This document shows, piece after piece, positions 28,515-38,911 of a stretch of 64,000 nucleotides of DNA. The position numbers were made by a program, and so were the translations under genes. How positions within the stretch are numbered: position 1 is the first letter of the stretch; each line of letters starts with the position of its first letter. Origin of the DNA: an uncultured virus (IMG/VR IMGVR_UViG_3300038417_000443) (taxonomy: Duplodnaviria > Heunggongvirae > Uroviricota > Caudoviricetes); IMG/VR virus record IMGVR_UViG_3300038417_000443, one strand, 5' to 3'. The notes under the pieces were generated by a model that saw only the letters and a program-made list of their open reading frames with translations, did not search any database and was not told the origin of the DNA.

Positions 28515-28600
28515 ATTTAAGTATAGCACAGGTCGGTCCATTTTACCAACAGATATTTTTATTTGTTGGTATTTTGTCTCAAATCATGCTATACTTAAAT
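28515..28600. promoter_or_regulatory. Mirror-symmetric back-to-back promoters (TTGGTA-N18-TATACT with extended TG)
   Basis: ATTTAAGTATAGCA (28515-28528) / TGCTATACTTAAAT (28587-28600) and TACCAACA (28544-28551) / TGTTGGTA (28564-28571), with equal 15-nt gaps. Confidence 0.6.
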
Positions 28601-28657
28601 TACATCACCATAGGTACTGAAATCACAATAATTTTAAACCAAAAAGGAGGTATTTTT

Positions 28658-28921
28658 ATGAAAACAATTTGGAAGTATTCAATGGATCAACCCGATTGCA
28701 CTTTTGATATGCCCTGGAACGCTAAGGTTTTATGCGTTCAGGTTCAAAATGAGATACCCCAATTATGGGTATTAATTGATCCATCGGAATATAAAATTCC
28801 AACACGATTCAAGACATATGGAACGGGGCATGACATCCCCGATAATGCAGGAATATATATCGGAACCTTCCAAATGTTCAGAGGAAGGCTTGTGTTTCAT
28901 GTTTTTCAGGAGACCTTATGA
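28658..28921 (+). CDS. Conserved phage hypothetical protein
   Basis: SD AGGAGG; MKTIWKY...GTGH...YIGTFQ...LVFHVF. Confidence 0.65.
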   Translation: MKTIWKYSMDQPDCTFDMPWNAKVLCVQVQNEIPQLWVLIDPSEYKIPTRFKTYGTGHDIPDNAGIYIGTFQMFRGRLVFHVFQETL

Positions 28922-29277
28922 ACTCTAAAACATGTAAGATGCTGAGAACAATAGTGTTTGCCAATAATTCTTCATCTATGGAAAGAAATACACGTAAGTG
29001 GGCGATTTATGAGGATAAAAAGAAGAGGATGCTGGTTTGTCTGGACCCAAGACAGATTTACAAAACCATGAAAAAAGCATATAAATCGGCTCCTCCAACA
29101 GAAAAAGTATCCTTCAGAAAGGACATAAAAAAAGATGCAGAAAGAATTAAAAAAGAGTTTCCACGAGGCTCTGGAACGCTATCAACGAGACAACCATCTC
29201 TGCTCGGCAATATACTCCACATGCAACCGACTGGAGAGGGAGTTCGGGAACTTGGCTCTCAGCCAACTAATGCCTGA
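28918..29277 (+). CDS. Basic hypothetical protein
   Basis: ATGA-coupled to the upstream gene; Lys-rich; 3' end overlaps the integrase. Confidence 0.45.
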   Translation: MNSKTCKMLRTIVFANNSSSMERNTRKWAIYEDKKKRMLVCLDPRQIYKTMKKAYKSAPPTEKVSFRKDIKKDAERIKKEFPRGSGTLSTRQPSLLGNILHMQPTGEGVRELGSQPTNA

Positions 29278-29950
29278 TCGGGTAAATATATGGAAATCTA
29301 ATCGGCTTAAAGAAGCGGCCGCAGCCACGGTTGCAAGAGAGATTTTTGTGTTAAAGCATGTTTTTAAGCTGGCAGTGGAACAGTGGCAATGGATCGACCA
29401 TAATCCCATTAAGAACGTCTCCACGCCCCGTGTAAACAACGCTCGAACAAAGTGGCTCTCCCAGGGTGAGGAAGATGCCTTAATGCTCTCCTGCCCCCCT
29501 TGGCTCGCTAATGCGGTAGGGTTTACGATACAAACAGGGTTAAGAATGGGTGAGGTCATAGGTTTAAAATGGTCTGATCTGCATGAGGATTATATTTTAC
29601 TTGAGAAAACAAAAGAAAAAAGGCCGAGGGCGATTCCGCTGTCGCCAAAGGCCAAACAGATTATTGAATCGATTCCGAGGAACATTGAAAACATTTTTCT
29701 GGATGGAGAGAGAAGGCAAATTTCTACAAACCATCTTGAGTATAAATTTAAACAGGCCATCCAAAGGGCGGGTCTTCAAGATCTCCATTTCCATGATCTT
29801 CGCCATACGTTTGCCTCACGACTTGTTCAGCGAGGAGTAAATCTATTTCAGGTTCAAAATCTTCTTGGTCACAGTTCTCCGGTAATGACTCAACGGTATG
29901 CTCACTTGGATCTTCAGTCCCTAAAACTGGTTCTCGCTCAGACCGTATAA
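29135..29950 (+). CDS. int: Tyrosine recombinase/integrase
   Basis: TGLRMGE (R), KTK (K), HDLRH, LLGHS and TQRYAH (Y); core-binding plus catalytic domains. Confidence 0.92.
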   Translation: MQKELKKSFHEALERYQRDNHLCSAIYSTCNRLEREFGNLALSQLMPDRVNIWKSNRLKEAAAATVAREIFVLKHVFKLAVEQWQWIDHNPIKNVSTPRVNNARTKWLSQGEEDALMLSCPPWLANAVGFTIQTGLRMGEVIGLKWSDLHEDYILLEKTKEKRPRAIPLSPKAKQIIESIPRNIENIFLDGERRQISTNHLEYKFKQAIQRAGLQDLHFHDLRHTFASRLVQRGVNLFQVQNLLGHSSPVMTQRYAHLDLQSLKLVLAQTV

Positions 29951-30179
29951 CCGTCATTTCGTCTAAAATCACAAGAGCGCCTTCTCTTGCCTGTACAACG
30001 GGGAGACTCAATATCCATTTATCCCGGGCCATTAAACCCGCCGCCACAGCCGTATGACCCAATAGTGCATCCGGGAGTCCACACTTTACAGAAAAGTCTA
30101 TAACCTGGTTAACTCCAAGCTTTCTCATGGCTATTATAGCCTGCGCTATCGAAGCTGCCCTTATGTCCATAATGCCCAC
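29748..30179 (-). CDS. Hypothetical protein with convergent overlap of int
   Basis: Continues the leftward operon; 203-bp antisense overlap with int. Confidence 0.35.
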   Translation of the reverse strand: MGIMDIRAASIAQAIIAMRKLGVNQVIDFSVKCGLPDALLGHTAVAAGLMARDKWILSLPVVQAREGALVILDEMTVIRSEREPVLGTEDPSEHTVESLPENCDQEDFEPEIDLLLAEQVVRQTYGEDHGNGDLEDPPFGWPV

Positions 30180-30197
30180 TTCTGATCCTATTAATAG

Positions 30198-30476
30198 CTA
30201 TATTTTGAGCCTTTTCTGTAATTTTTTTATAGCCTTATTTTCCGCTGTTTGAACAGCGTTTAACCAGACCCCATAGATTTCTGCTATTTCTTCTTGAGTA
30301 GCTCCTCTTCGCATACCGGGGAAGCCGGCCCTTTCTTCCTCCGGCGTGATTTCGCACATGCAAGCCCCAGCCTCCTCAACATATGGAGTAACGTCAGGAT
30401 CGGCCTTACACCGGAAAATTTGACGAAGCATACTGTGGGGGCAATCTGTATAAAAGCATACCTTTTTAGCTTTCAT
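30198..30476 (-). CDS. Sigma70 region-4-like HTH protein
   Basis: TQEEIAEIYGV....VQTAENKAIKKL. Confidence 0.6.
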   Translation of the reverse strand: MKAKKVCFYTDCPHSMLRQIFRCKADPDVTPYVEEAGACMCEITPEEERAGFPGMRRGATQEEIAEIYGVWLNAVQTAENKAIKKLQKRLKI

Positions 30477-30741
30477 AATCTAATCCTCGCCTTTCTGCCT
30501 CTTCGATTAAATCGTCATAAATCGGAATAAAATACCCAGGCTCGGAATTCTGGACTCGGTCATATTCTTCCTCAGCGTACCATTGGGCCATTTCTCCGTT
30601 AAAGTTAGGGTAAGGATACTCCTTTTTAATTTCGGATACGCTTCTCTCTATCATTTTAATTGTATTGAGCAGATGATCATTTCCCATGTCTTTAATCCTG
30701 ATCTTTACACCATCTTTGGTTTTCCATTTTTTAGTGTTCAT
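30466..30741 (-). CDS. Conserved phage hypothetical protein
   Basis: WKTKDG..I.IKDM..DHLLNTIKMIER...EEAERRG. Confidence 0.55.
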   Translation of the reverse strand: MNTKKWKTKDGVKIRIKDMGNDHLLNTIKMIERSVSEIKKEYPYPNFNGEMAQWYAEEEYDRVQNSEPGYFIPIYDDLIEEAERRGLDYES

Positions 30742-31523
30742 CCCTTCCCCCCCCCTCCCCTCAATTCTATAAATTCTTTAATCAGAGCCACGGTAGCCTC
30801 GATTCTTAGGTTAAGCGGCTTTCGGCCTGGGGTTTCCGTACAAATAGAAATTGGACAGCCAAGGGTCCAGAGGGCATGTTCAAAAGAACCATCAAATTGA
30901 TTATAAACAATACCACCACGTACAAAATTTTCAGGAAGACCAGTTTCGTAGATCCTGGTTCCATCTGGAACAAGACCAAAAAACTTCCCACCTTCTTTCC
31001 TTATGTCAAGGGCGTCCAAGTGTTCTTCGGCAACCTGCCCAGCTCGTCCTCCGGTTTCTCCATAATAATAAAGATAAAAATTTTCTTCATGATCTGTCTC
31101 ATGGAGGGTGAGAAATCCGAACCTGGAACATTTTAGCAAGAGATCCATATTCCAAAGTAATACTTCTCCTTCTGAGGACGGTTCTTCTTTCATTCCCCAA
31201 AGATACCCACTATTAGTCCTTCCCGTATATCCGTTTCTTCTCCCAGCCTTAAATGCAACGGGTGCGACTATAGGTATAAACGCCAGCTTATTTTCATCGA
31301 ACCAATACTGACCTGATTCTTCAATAAATCTTAGGATTCCCAAAGGCCCAGCGATCTCGTCGCCATGGGTTCCCCCTGCAATCAATATGGATTTCCCCGG
31401 AACATCCCCCCTCGATTTAACCATCCAAATAATCTGTCGGCCAGTTTTTCCAAGAGGAAGCAATACCAGCTTCTTCTGGATACAGGCCGATACCAACCGT
31501 TTCCAATAAGTTTCAAGGTTCAT
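30738..31523 (-). CDS. M14 zinc carboxypeptidase / succinylglutamate desuccinylase-like
   Basis: GGTHGDE (HxxE), RRN, LTLHE and CTETP motifs. Confidence 0.8.
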   Translation of the reverse strand: MNLETYWKRLVSACIQKKLVLLPLGKTGRQIIWMVKSRGDVPGKSILIAGGTHGDEIAGPLGILRFIEESGQYWFDENKLAFIPIVAPVAFKAGRRNGYTGRTNSGYLWGMKEEPSSEGEVLLWNMDLLLKCSRFGFLTLHETDHEENFYLYYYGETGGRAGQVAEEHLDALDIRKEGGKFFGLVPDGTRIYETGLPENFVRGGIVYNQFDGSFEHALWTLGCPISICTETPGRKPLNLRIEATVALIKEFIELRGGGGKG

Positions 31524-31541
31524 TTTTAACCTCCCTCTGTT

Positions 31542-33546
31542 TTAAATTTTTACATAATCTGATCGCTCATTTTCTTCTGGCCCGCTTAGGATTTCATCGT
31601 CGAATACAACCGCCTTAAATCCATCCACAAACTGCACCATATACATTTTTGTCTGATCACAGTCTTGCTCCTTTTTTATCACCTTAACCCTCTGATGAGT
31701 ATGATGCCATAACTCGGCATCGTTTGAATCTTCCCCCTCGTAACAATGGTATTCAAACCAGTTTCTCCGCATCCCTCGCATTTTTTATACCCCCTAATTT
31801 AAAAGTTGATTTCCGTGTATTGCCTCTAAACAATGGTCAAAAACATCCAACGCCTCTTCACAAGAAATGCACAGGAGGGCTTTGCCCGTAAAGGTATTGG
31901 TCACAATCCAATCCCCGTATTCACTTTTCCATACCGCCACCCGATTTCCATTTAGCTCGTAAGCCATAGCTTGTTCAACTTGCATTTTTCTACCTCCTTT
32001 TTTTAAATAATGGTTTAACCCCCTCGTAATAAACATAGAGGAGCGGACAGAAGAAATATAATAGAAATAGCCAGATTAGGATTTTACGGATCATTCCTTC
32101 ACCCAATCCGGGCTGATCCAGGACAGCTCCTCGCAAATTTTCTTCCAATAGTTTACGGGTTGATCGTATAGTCTTTCTACGATCAATTCCAGCGCCCTCA
32201 TTTTTAATTTATCGGGGGCCCCAACCGGAAAGGCCGCGCAGTAAGAAACATCCCCAGGATCAACCCATTCTTCCCCGCAGGCACAGGGTTTTCTCCCACA
32301 AGTGCAGTAATTGGTGTCCGATGTATAAACATCGAAGCGCAACAGCTCCTCGTCTTCCGGGTCGTTGGGATTATAGTCTCCCGACCAACCCTCTCCTAAT
32401 TCTACCCACTCAACCTTACACTTTCCTTTGATTATTTCCATTTTCTTCTTCCTTTTTTCTTAAATTTTTCATTCTTTCAGATCGTTTAGCCCGTTCTTCA
32501 TCGGATAAATTCATTATCCGAACTTCCCTGCATTTTCCCCTTTTATCCTTGGAACATTTACCTTCGGCGAGCCTTTTTGCGCAAACCGCCTCGGCGATTC
32601 TTTGATTCCAACTTTCACAATAGTTGTAGATGGTCACGGTTTATTTTACCTCCTCTACGTTTATGTAACCTTCTATTCGCTTAAATATTCCAATCCTTTT
32701 TAAACTTGAGGGATTATAAGAACCTCCGGTAATATGGATACTGACCTCGTCCTCCCCGGTTTTGGGATTTACGTGGAGTGCCACATAAGCCCCAATATTC
32801 CAGCCCCGGATATGCCCCTCAATACCGCTTTTTGCCGAGCCTTGCCTTGTCGCTTTTCCCCTATTTCCCTGAATACTTGCATAAAATCTTGACATGGTTT
32901 GTTACCTCCCTATAAGTGGATTTTTATCTCTGTGCATTTTTAGGTGCCTATAAAATCCGTTTCCCCAAATAATACGGCCACAAATTTGACAATAATGAAA
33001 TTTCCAATAATGTTTTTTAAACATTTTTTTGATGGATAACTCCCGTTTTAATTAGTGTCATAGCTGTTCGGCCAAACCAGCCTTGTAGCGTCCATGCCAT
33101 TCCTGAATCAACCAAAAATTGCCAGGCCCTAACTTGTTCTTCTTCGCTCGCTCCCTCACCCTCACAAAAACCTTCGGCAATAGCTGTTGCCAAATAAGGT
33201 GTCATTTTTCTCATTTTTTAACCCTCCTTTCAATTTGTTTAAATTCTCCAACGACCAACTGAAATTCACCCTCCTCAATTATAGCATACCCCAAACCTGC
33301 AACAAGAGCATGAATTAACTGCCTATGAGTCATGGCCCTGCCATCATCATCAAAGCCAAGTTTATCAACAAAATAACGATTCAACAATTCCCATCCCTTA
33401 GGCCTGTAATCTCCAATATTAGGAAATGGGAATGGAGGGAAGTGACCCCGGTCCTCCTCTTCAAACAGATATGGCCTTGCGTGTTTTCTTGATGCCCGTG
33501 CTGCCTGTTCTCTACTTAATTTTCTAATAGTCTGTAAATCCATCAT
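31542..33546 (-). other. Cluster of small early hypothetical genes (31542-31781, 31794-31985, 32091-32441, 32416-32637, 32641-32895, 33017-33214, 33211-33546)
   Basis: Short co-oriented ORFs, most with GGAGG-like SD; no function recognised. Confidence 0.55.
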
Positions 33547-33569
33547 GGTCTTATACCTCCTGTTTTTAT

Positions 33570-33598
33570 TTTATACCATATTCTTTTTTAAATGTCAA
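33570..33598 (-). promoter_or_regulatory. Sigma70 promoter
   Basis: TTGACA-17 nt-TATAAA with extended TG; SD AGGAGG downstream. Confidence 0.75.
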
Positions 33599-33788
33599 GA
33601 AAAATCTTTGTAACATTCAATTTAATCTTCTCTTTTGAGTTGAATATTTACAATTCCTATTCCGGCTGTTTTTAGAGCAATAGCTATCTCCTGATAACCA
33701 ACAACTATATCATCCGAATTAGTTTGAACGATAATCGTCCACCGGTTCATTTTTATCGCCCCCTTTGGTTTAAAATTCCTTGGAACGT

Positions 33789-34043
33789 TTAAATAAAACT
33801 GACTTCTGTTTTTGATACCAAAACAGATTCTTGCGTGTTTACAGATTGAATTTCACCGGCCATTGCAGCAATATCTTTTTCATCTTCATCGTCAGCGATA
33901 ATTTCTATAACAAGTGCCCTTTCGCTTACGCCCTTCCAATATCCGGTTCCCTCAAATAGAGTAAATCCATTAAACCAGTTTGAAATAATTTTGACAATCT
34001 TATCTCTGTTAATATCTTCTGTATAAATTCTGTAAGTTTTCAT
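33789..34043 (-). CDS. S-adenosylmethionine lyase-like protein (T3 SAMase fold)
   Basis: GFTL..G.GYW....E.ALVIEI...N.QESVL pattern; early-gene position. Confidence 0.6.
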   Translation of the reverse strand: MKTYRIYTEDINRDKIVKIISNWFNGFTLFEGTGYWKGVSERALVIEIIADDEDEKDIAAMAGEIQSVNTQESVLVSKTEVSFI

Positions 34044-34057
34044 TTCTTAACCTCCTA

Positions 34058-34660
34058 TTAAAAGATTTTTAAGGTTAATTGACTATTGTAACTTTTCATA
34101 GACTTAACTATTCGGTGATAGGTTAACCATACTATCGCTTGAAACTGGAGCGGTAACAAGTCGTATTTACCTGCTAATTTCTTAATTTCTGATTTAAGAA
34201 ATTCAATATTCTTTTCACCTGTATATTTACTGCAATCATTTCTGTCCGATAACTCGTAATAGCATGCGATCATAAACGTATCGATCGTTATGCTATTATC
34301 ATCGAATGGATTTAACAGGTTTAGATAAAATTGAGTCACCTTAGGACCCCGCAGGGAGGGAAATACTTTTTTTGACTTATAAATCTTGATTGCTTTTTTG
34401 AGGTTTAAAGAAAAACAAGGGGTTTTTAGGTTAGAAGGAAGTTTACCTTTGAATTTTAAAACGTGATAGGCAAGATTGATGTTTTGTTGGTATGAAATTT
34501 GCGGGGATAACACGGCAGTTATACCGCAAACTAATTTCATAGGAACGTCAAAATGGTTTGCCATGTCTTTTAAATAGCTGTGTTGGTCTGCATACCAATG
34601 TAAACCCATAGCCCTTTCTATTTCTGTTGATTGGAGATAAACCCTTTCAAAGTTATTCAT
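34058..34660 (-). CDS. Phage HhH-glycosylase-like protein
   Basis: WY...AVLSPQ....N...GPKV..FY.NL...TIDT...QAIVW pattern. Confidence 0.5.
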   Translation of the reverse strand: MNNFERVYLQSTEIERAMGLHWYADQHSYLKDMANHFDVPMKLVCGITAVLSPQISYQQNINLAYHVLKFKGKLPSNLKTPCFSLNLKKAIKIYKSKKVFPSLRGPKVTQFYLNLLNPFDDNSITIDTFMIACYYELSDRNDCSKYTGEKNIEFLKSEIKKLAGKYDLLPLQFQAIVWLTYHRIVKSMKSYNSQLTLKIF

Positions 34661-34857
34661 TTTCTTTTTTCTCGTTTAATTTCTTAAAAAATTCAGTCCT
34701 ACTCGCTGTCTTTTTAACAAGATCAAACTTAACAGGAGTAACTTCTTTGCCGTCAAACTTGTCCTGTGCATCTTGATTTAGTCTTTTGGTAATCTCTAAG
34801 CTATGCATAATTTACTCCATATCCGGTGTTATGTCGGATTATCAAAAGTTTAGAAAA

Positions 34858-35055
34858 TTAAACCTTAACCAATCCATTTCTAACATCTTCAAGGGTTATG
34901 ATCTTCCCATCTTCCCTTGTAATCCTGTACCACGTTTTATCAAAATTATTTCTTTTTGTTAGTGCTTCGGCAAAACTATTTGCGATAACTTTTTTAGATG
35001 CAATCGTCTTGCCATTTGGATTTCCCTTTTGTCTGTATTCAATTTTATACTTCAT
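34858..35055 (-). CDS. Small basic hypothetical protein
   Basis: MKYKIEYRQ..., downstream of a sigma70 promoter. Confidence 0.45.
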   Translation of the reverse strand: MKYKIEYRQKGNPNGKTIASKKVIANSFAEALTKRNNFDKTWYRITREDGKIITLEDVRNGLVKV

Positions 35056-35077
35056 TTTTTTACCCCCATCTATTATT

Positions 35078-35106
35078 TTTATAGCACAATCCAAAAACCT
35101 TGTCAA
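35078..35106 (-). promoter_or_regulatory. Sigma70 promoter
   Basis: TTGACA-17 nt-TATAAA with extended TG; same architecture as 33570-33598. Confidence 0.75.
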
Positions 35107-35114
35107 GTCTTTTT

Positions 35115-35384
35115 TTAAATATAACCTAAAATTAATAACCATGATTGATAACCATGTGGGCATATCCCGTCAGGTTCGACTCTGCACCCGTCAGGAGTTT
35201 TGCAAATTCCATCAAAGGACCATTTCTCAAGAGTTTTAATACTTGGCACCCTAACCCTAATGGCTGCGGGATAACTAACGCTCACAATCCTAAACTTTGA
35301 TAAATATTTACGATAATCGTCAATACTAATTCCATCCTTTAATATTCGGATACCACGTTCTCTTGAATATACTGTATTTTTCAT
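35115..35384 (-). CDS. Conserved phage hypothetical protein
   Basis: DGICKTPDGCRVEPDGICPHG..SWL. Confidence 0.55.
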   Translation of the reverse strand: MKNTVYSRERGIRILKDGISIDDYRKYLSKFRIVSVSYPAAIRVRVPSIKTLEKWSFDGICKTPDGCRVEPDGICPHGYQSWLLILGYI

Positions 35385-35419
35385 TTTAATCCCTCCGGTT
35401 TAAATTTTAAGAATATAAC

Positions 35420-35435
35420 TGCAATCTTTATACCA
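35420..35435 (-). promoter_or_regulatory. Sigma54 (-24/-12) promoter
   Basis: TGGTAT-AAAGA-TTGCA, intergenic, upstream of ATG 35384. Confidence 0.55.
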
Positions 35436-35458
35436 GTTAAACCCCCTTCGCTTTAGAG

Positions 35459-35596
35459 TTACTTCCAATAACGGCACACAAAGACAAGTGAGCCCCCAGC
35501 CACATAACGATAATTGTCAATACAAAAGCCGCGCTCGATTGCCCATTGTGAAAAACTGTTTCTATCTCTTTCATTAAAGAAATGCCTTTGGTTCAT
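35459..35596 (-). CDS. 45-aa first leftward gene
   Basis: SD AGGAGG; MNQRHFFNERDRNSFSQWAIERGFC... Confidence 0.45.
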   Translation of the reverse strand: MNQRHFFNERDRNSFSQWAIERGFCIDNYRYVAGGSLVFVCRYWK

Positions 35597-35626
35597 TTTT
35601 TTAACCTCCTGTTTGAGATTTATACA

Positions 35627-35642
35627 AGCAAACCTCATGCCA
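35627..35642 (-). promoter_or_regulatory. Sigma54 (-24/-12) promoter
   Basis: TGGCAT-GAGGT-TTGCT, intergenic, upstream of ATG 35596. Confidence 0.6.
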
Positions 35643-36022
35643 AACTTAAATAAATTTTAATCCTAATAAATTCATATACTTATTAAATTCTATAAATTCC
35701 ATACCTGATCGAATACTTACCACAATTCCATCGAATTATACAAAATTGAACAAATTAAAGGATATGGCATTGATATTATTAAGTAATTCTATATTACAAG
35801 ATTGAACAACAGAATAACCTATTGATATATCTAAACAATTATAGATTCCATATCATTTTATTAGAATCAATTAGACTTATACGAATCTAATAGAATAGAC
35901 TTACTTCAATTAAGTAAAACAATCAAGGTTTATCTATTCAGAATATATGGTTACTCATTAAAACAATTACTATTTAACTACTCTGTATTTAATGGTTACT
36001 AAGTATTAATATAAATTATAAA

Positions 36023-36147
36023 TTAATGGATATATAATATATTATATTAAGAGAATCTCTTAAAGAGATTCTCTTTTAATGGATATAGAATATATAGTTA
36101 TGATAGATATGGAATATATATTGTTAACGGATATAAGATATATATTT
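36023..36147. repeat. Iteron-like 24-bp repeats and palindrome in the AT-rich divergence region
   Basis: TTAAyGGATATA..ATATA-like units at 36023, 36076, 36100 and 36124; AAGAGAATCTCT-TAA-AGAGATTCTCTT at 36049-36075. Confidence 0.6.
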
Positions 36148-37372
36148 ATATTAGATTGTTTTACGAATAGATTAGAATAAGGTTTAAAACCTTGCAAAAT
36201 GCAAGGTGCCCAATCGTCTTGCGTATTCAGTTCGATTTTGTCAAGAGATTCCCGGTCCCGGTCTGTGGGTTAATGGTCTGTCTATAATGATAACTTATTG
36301 ATTCGATTATGTTTCAATTAAATATAGTATTCATTTGAATCGAATTTGGTCTGTTTACTGGTGGCGGAGGTTGATCTATGCTATAATCTGAACCATTATA
36401 GGGGATGGGTGGGTACCGGCAGCAGTCGTCAAAGACCCCACAAGGAACTCCAAGATTCCGATAGAGGTCTCTCTCTCCCTTATAGATAAATCTTTTTTAA
36501 ATTTTAGTATAGGCCTATGAAACTTTATATCTTTGCTTTAAAAAATTTTTGGTGGTCTTTAAGGACTGGGCGTATAATGAATATTGTAAGATTGATTTCT
36601 ATTTTAACCGTAAGAAAAAGGCAAAGGAGGTAAAAGACATGGATATCGGGTTGTTACGAGTTGGACAAATTGTTCGGATGAGACTAACAAAAGAGAGGGT
36701 GATGGTGGTTTATATTGGATACGGAATTCATCCTTTTATCTCAATACGTTGTGCAAATTATGAAACTCATTCTGTAAATCCAGAGGAACTTGAAGATGTT
36801 AATATGGAGGGTTTGACATGGGAGAGGTAAAAAGGGTTAAGTTGATAAATTACCGCAGCGTTGAGTGCTGTCCCAATTGTCTTTACTGCGATGAAGTTGG
36901 GGTTGACGAAGAAGTGTTGGAATGTAAATTATCTTTCGATACTGTTTCCCACGATGCAATTTGTGATTTTTACGAGGGGGTGGGGGTATGAAATTCAGGG
37001 TTGACTGGAGGGAATACTACGATTGCGAAGGGCCCCAGACCGTTAGGGATCTTAACGATACCACGATCGAAGTTTCCAGACTTATCGGTAAACGCATTAT
37101 AGACATAACTCAGGATAATTATTTTGGATTAATATTCGAGGTGGAGGAATGAGATCCAGGGAGCGACGCAAAGTTAAGCGCACGGTCTATTTTACTAACC
37201 ATCGAAAGATCCTGAAGTATATCGAGGCATTTGCCGTAACTCACGATATTACCTTGTCCTCGGCAATTTTGGGATTTATCGGGATTGGGTTAATGTATGA
37301 GGGGATAGAGGTCATGTCAAGAGATCTTCAGATATCGATGCCGCATAAGGAGATTAATAGAAGGAGGATTGT

Positions 37373-37612
37373 ATGAGAAAATGGTTGGTTGAGGAAACAG
37401 GGGAGGTTAGGTGTCCGAGGAAGCGTGAATCCTTTTTGGGTGGTTATGGGATTGACACAGCCAGCATTGACTATGCGGCCAGCAAGCTTCCCATTCTTCG
37501 GGTAACGGAGATTAGCCCTGATGACATAGTTATAAATGGATTGAACTGGCACAACTGGCCCCTTGAGTCACAACATCCGTTGTCCGATCGACTGGACGAA
37601 TGGAACTGGTAA
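37373..37612 (+). CDS. Hypothetical protein, paralog of 17120-17314
   Basis: MRKWLVEETGEVR...PILRVTEI...DEWNW. Confidence 0.6.
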   Translation: MRKWLVEETGEVRCPRKRESFLGGYGIDTASIDYAASKLPILRVTEISPDDIVINGLNWHNWPLESQHPLSDRLDEWNW

Positions 37613-38695
37613 TTGGCTTCAGGACACCTCTTTATTGTAATTCTTTGGGGTCTGGAAGGCATTTTAAGGTATGGGTATGGGGGAGACCATGGGTAAAATA
37701 GTGAAGGATAAAAAGAAAATATTAGATCGCATAGTTAAGTGTGCAATATCACTCGATAAAGAAAAGGAGGAGGAGTTTAAGTGCCCGGCTTGCGGAAAAA
37801 CACGGGGTCTTTTTCTGGTTTCTGGGATACGGGGATTGGTGTATGTGTGCGAAAATAAAGGGTGTAAAGAATACAATACGATTAAGGAGGAGAAAGATGA
37901 AAGGGATTAAGCTTGAGTGGAATGAGACTGGGAATACGATAATAATGGACTCGAAGATGTTTCTTCGTTTAATACGATGGTTAAAAAAGGATTACGATAT
38001 TGAGTTACTGTCGTATACCGGAAAGAAGCCAAAAATTTAAAGGAGGATAAAACATGACAATATCTATTACATGCCCAAGTTGTAAGAATGTATTTTCAGC
38101 AGAAGTAGTTGTAATTCCTGGAGCAGTACAACCGCCTGTGATTGTGATTGATAAATTTGGTAAGATTGTGTGGGACAAATCATCCATCCTGGCAGTAGAT
38201 CATCTAAATGATCCAATTTACATGGCTGGAAAATATCCATGGCAGATTCAGATGCAAATGGATGTGGATAGTAATAAACCTTTTATTACTTCTTCCATTC
38301 TGGGGCAGGCTATAAAAAATCCTAACTATGTAAAGAAGTAAAATTTAAAGGAGGGGAAAGATGAATCCAACGTGTAAAGATTGCGGGAAAGAGATGAAGT
38401 GTGGGGACTGTCGATATTGGGTTATTGATACCGAAAAAGGAAGCAATGATGGGGAATGCAGAGCCGATCCGCCCCAGGTTCTTTTGGTTCCGATGCCTAC
38501 CAAGATCGGGCTGACTCCGGGGCTCAGTATCAACGGATTCTTTCCGAAGACGAGGCCTGATCTTTGGTGCGGAAAGTTTATGCGGTTAACGGTTGTTGGG
38601 AAATCGACGGTTGTTAAAATGAAAGATCCAGTTTTGGGGGATACCAACGATATTTATACCGAACCAGGCGGAAACCCAGCATCATAGGAGGAGAG

Positions 38696-38911
38696 ATGCC
38701 AATCTGGGAATTTGAGTGTCTTGAGTGTACCACGGTTTTTGAGAAACTTTATTTATCAAAAGAGCCCGGGCACCCAGAGTGCCCAGTGTGTGGGAGTATG
38801 TGTTGCAAGAGATTAATGTCGGCATCTAATTTTGAACTTAAGGGTTCTGGCTTCTACTCAACCGATTACAAACCCAAAGGGAGGGTTAGGGAGGACAAGG
38901 ATGTCGCTTAA
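38696..38911 (+). CDS. FmdB-family zinc-ribbon protein
   Basis: MPIWEFECLEC...CPVCGS...RLMS...LKGSGFYSTDY. Confidence 0.8.
   Translation: MPIWEFECLECTTVFEKLYLSKEPGHPECPVCGSMCCKRLMSASNFELKGSGFYSTDYKPKGRVREDKDVA

Noticed and set aside
29100..29165. Programmed frameshift fusing the 28918 ORF to the integrase
   Set aside because: A-runs exist, but the upstream ORF does not resemble an arm-binding domain and no stimulatory structure is evident.
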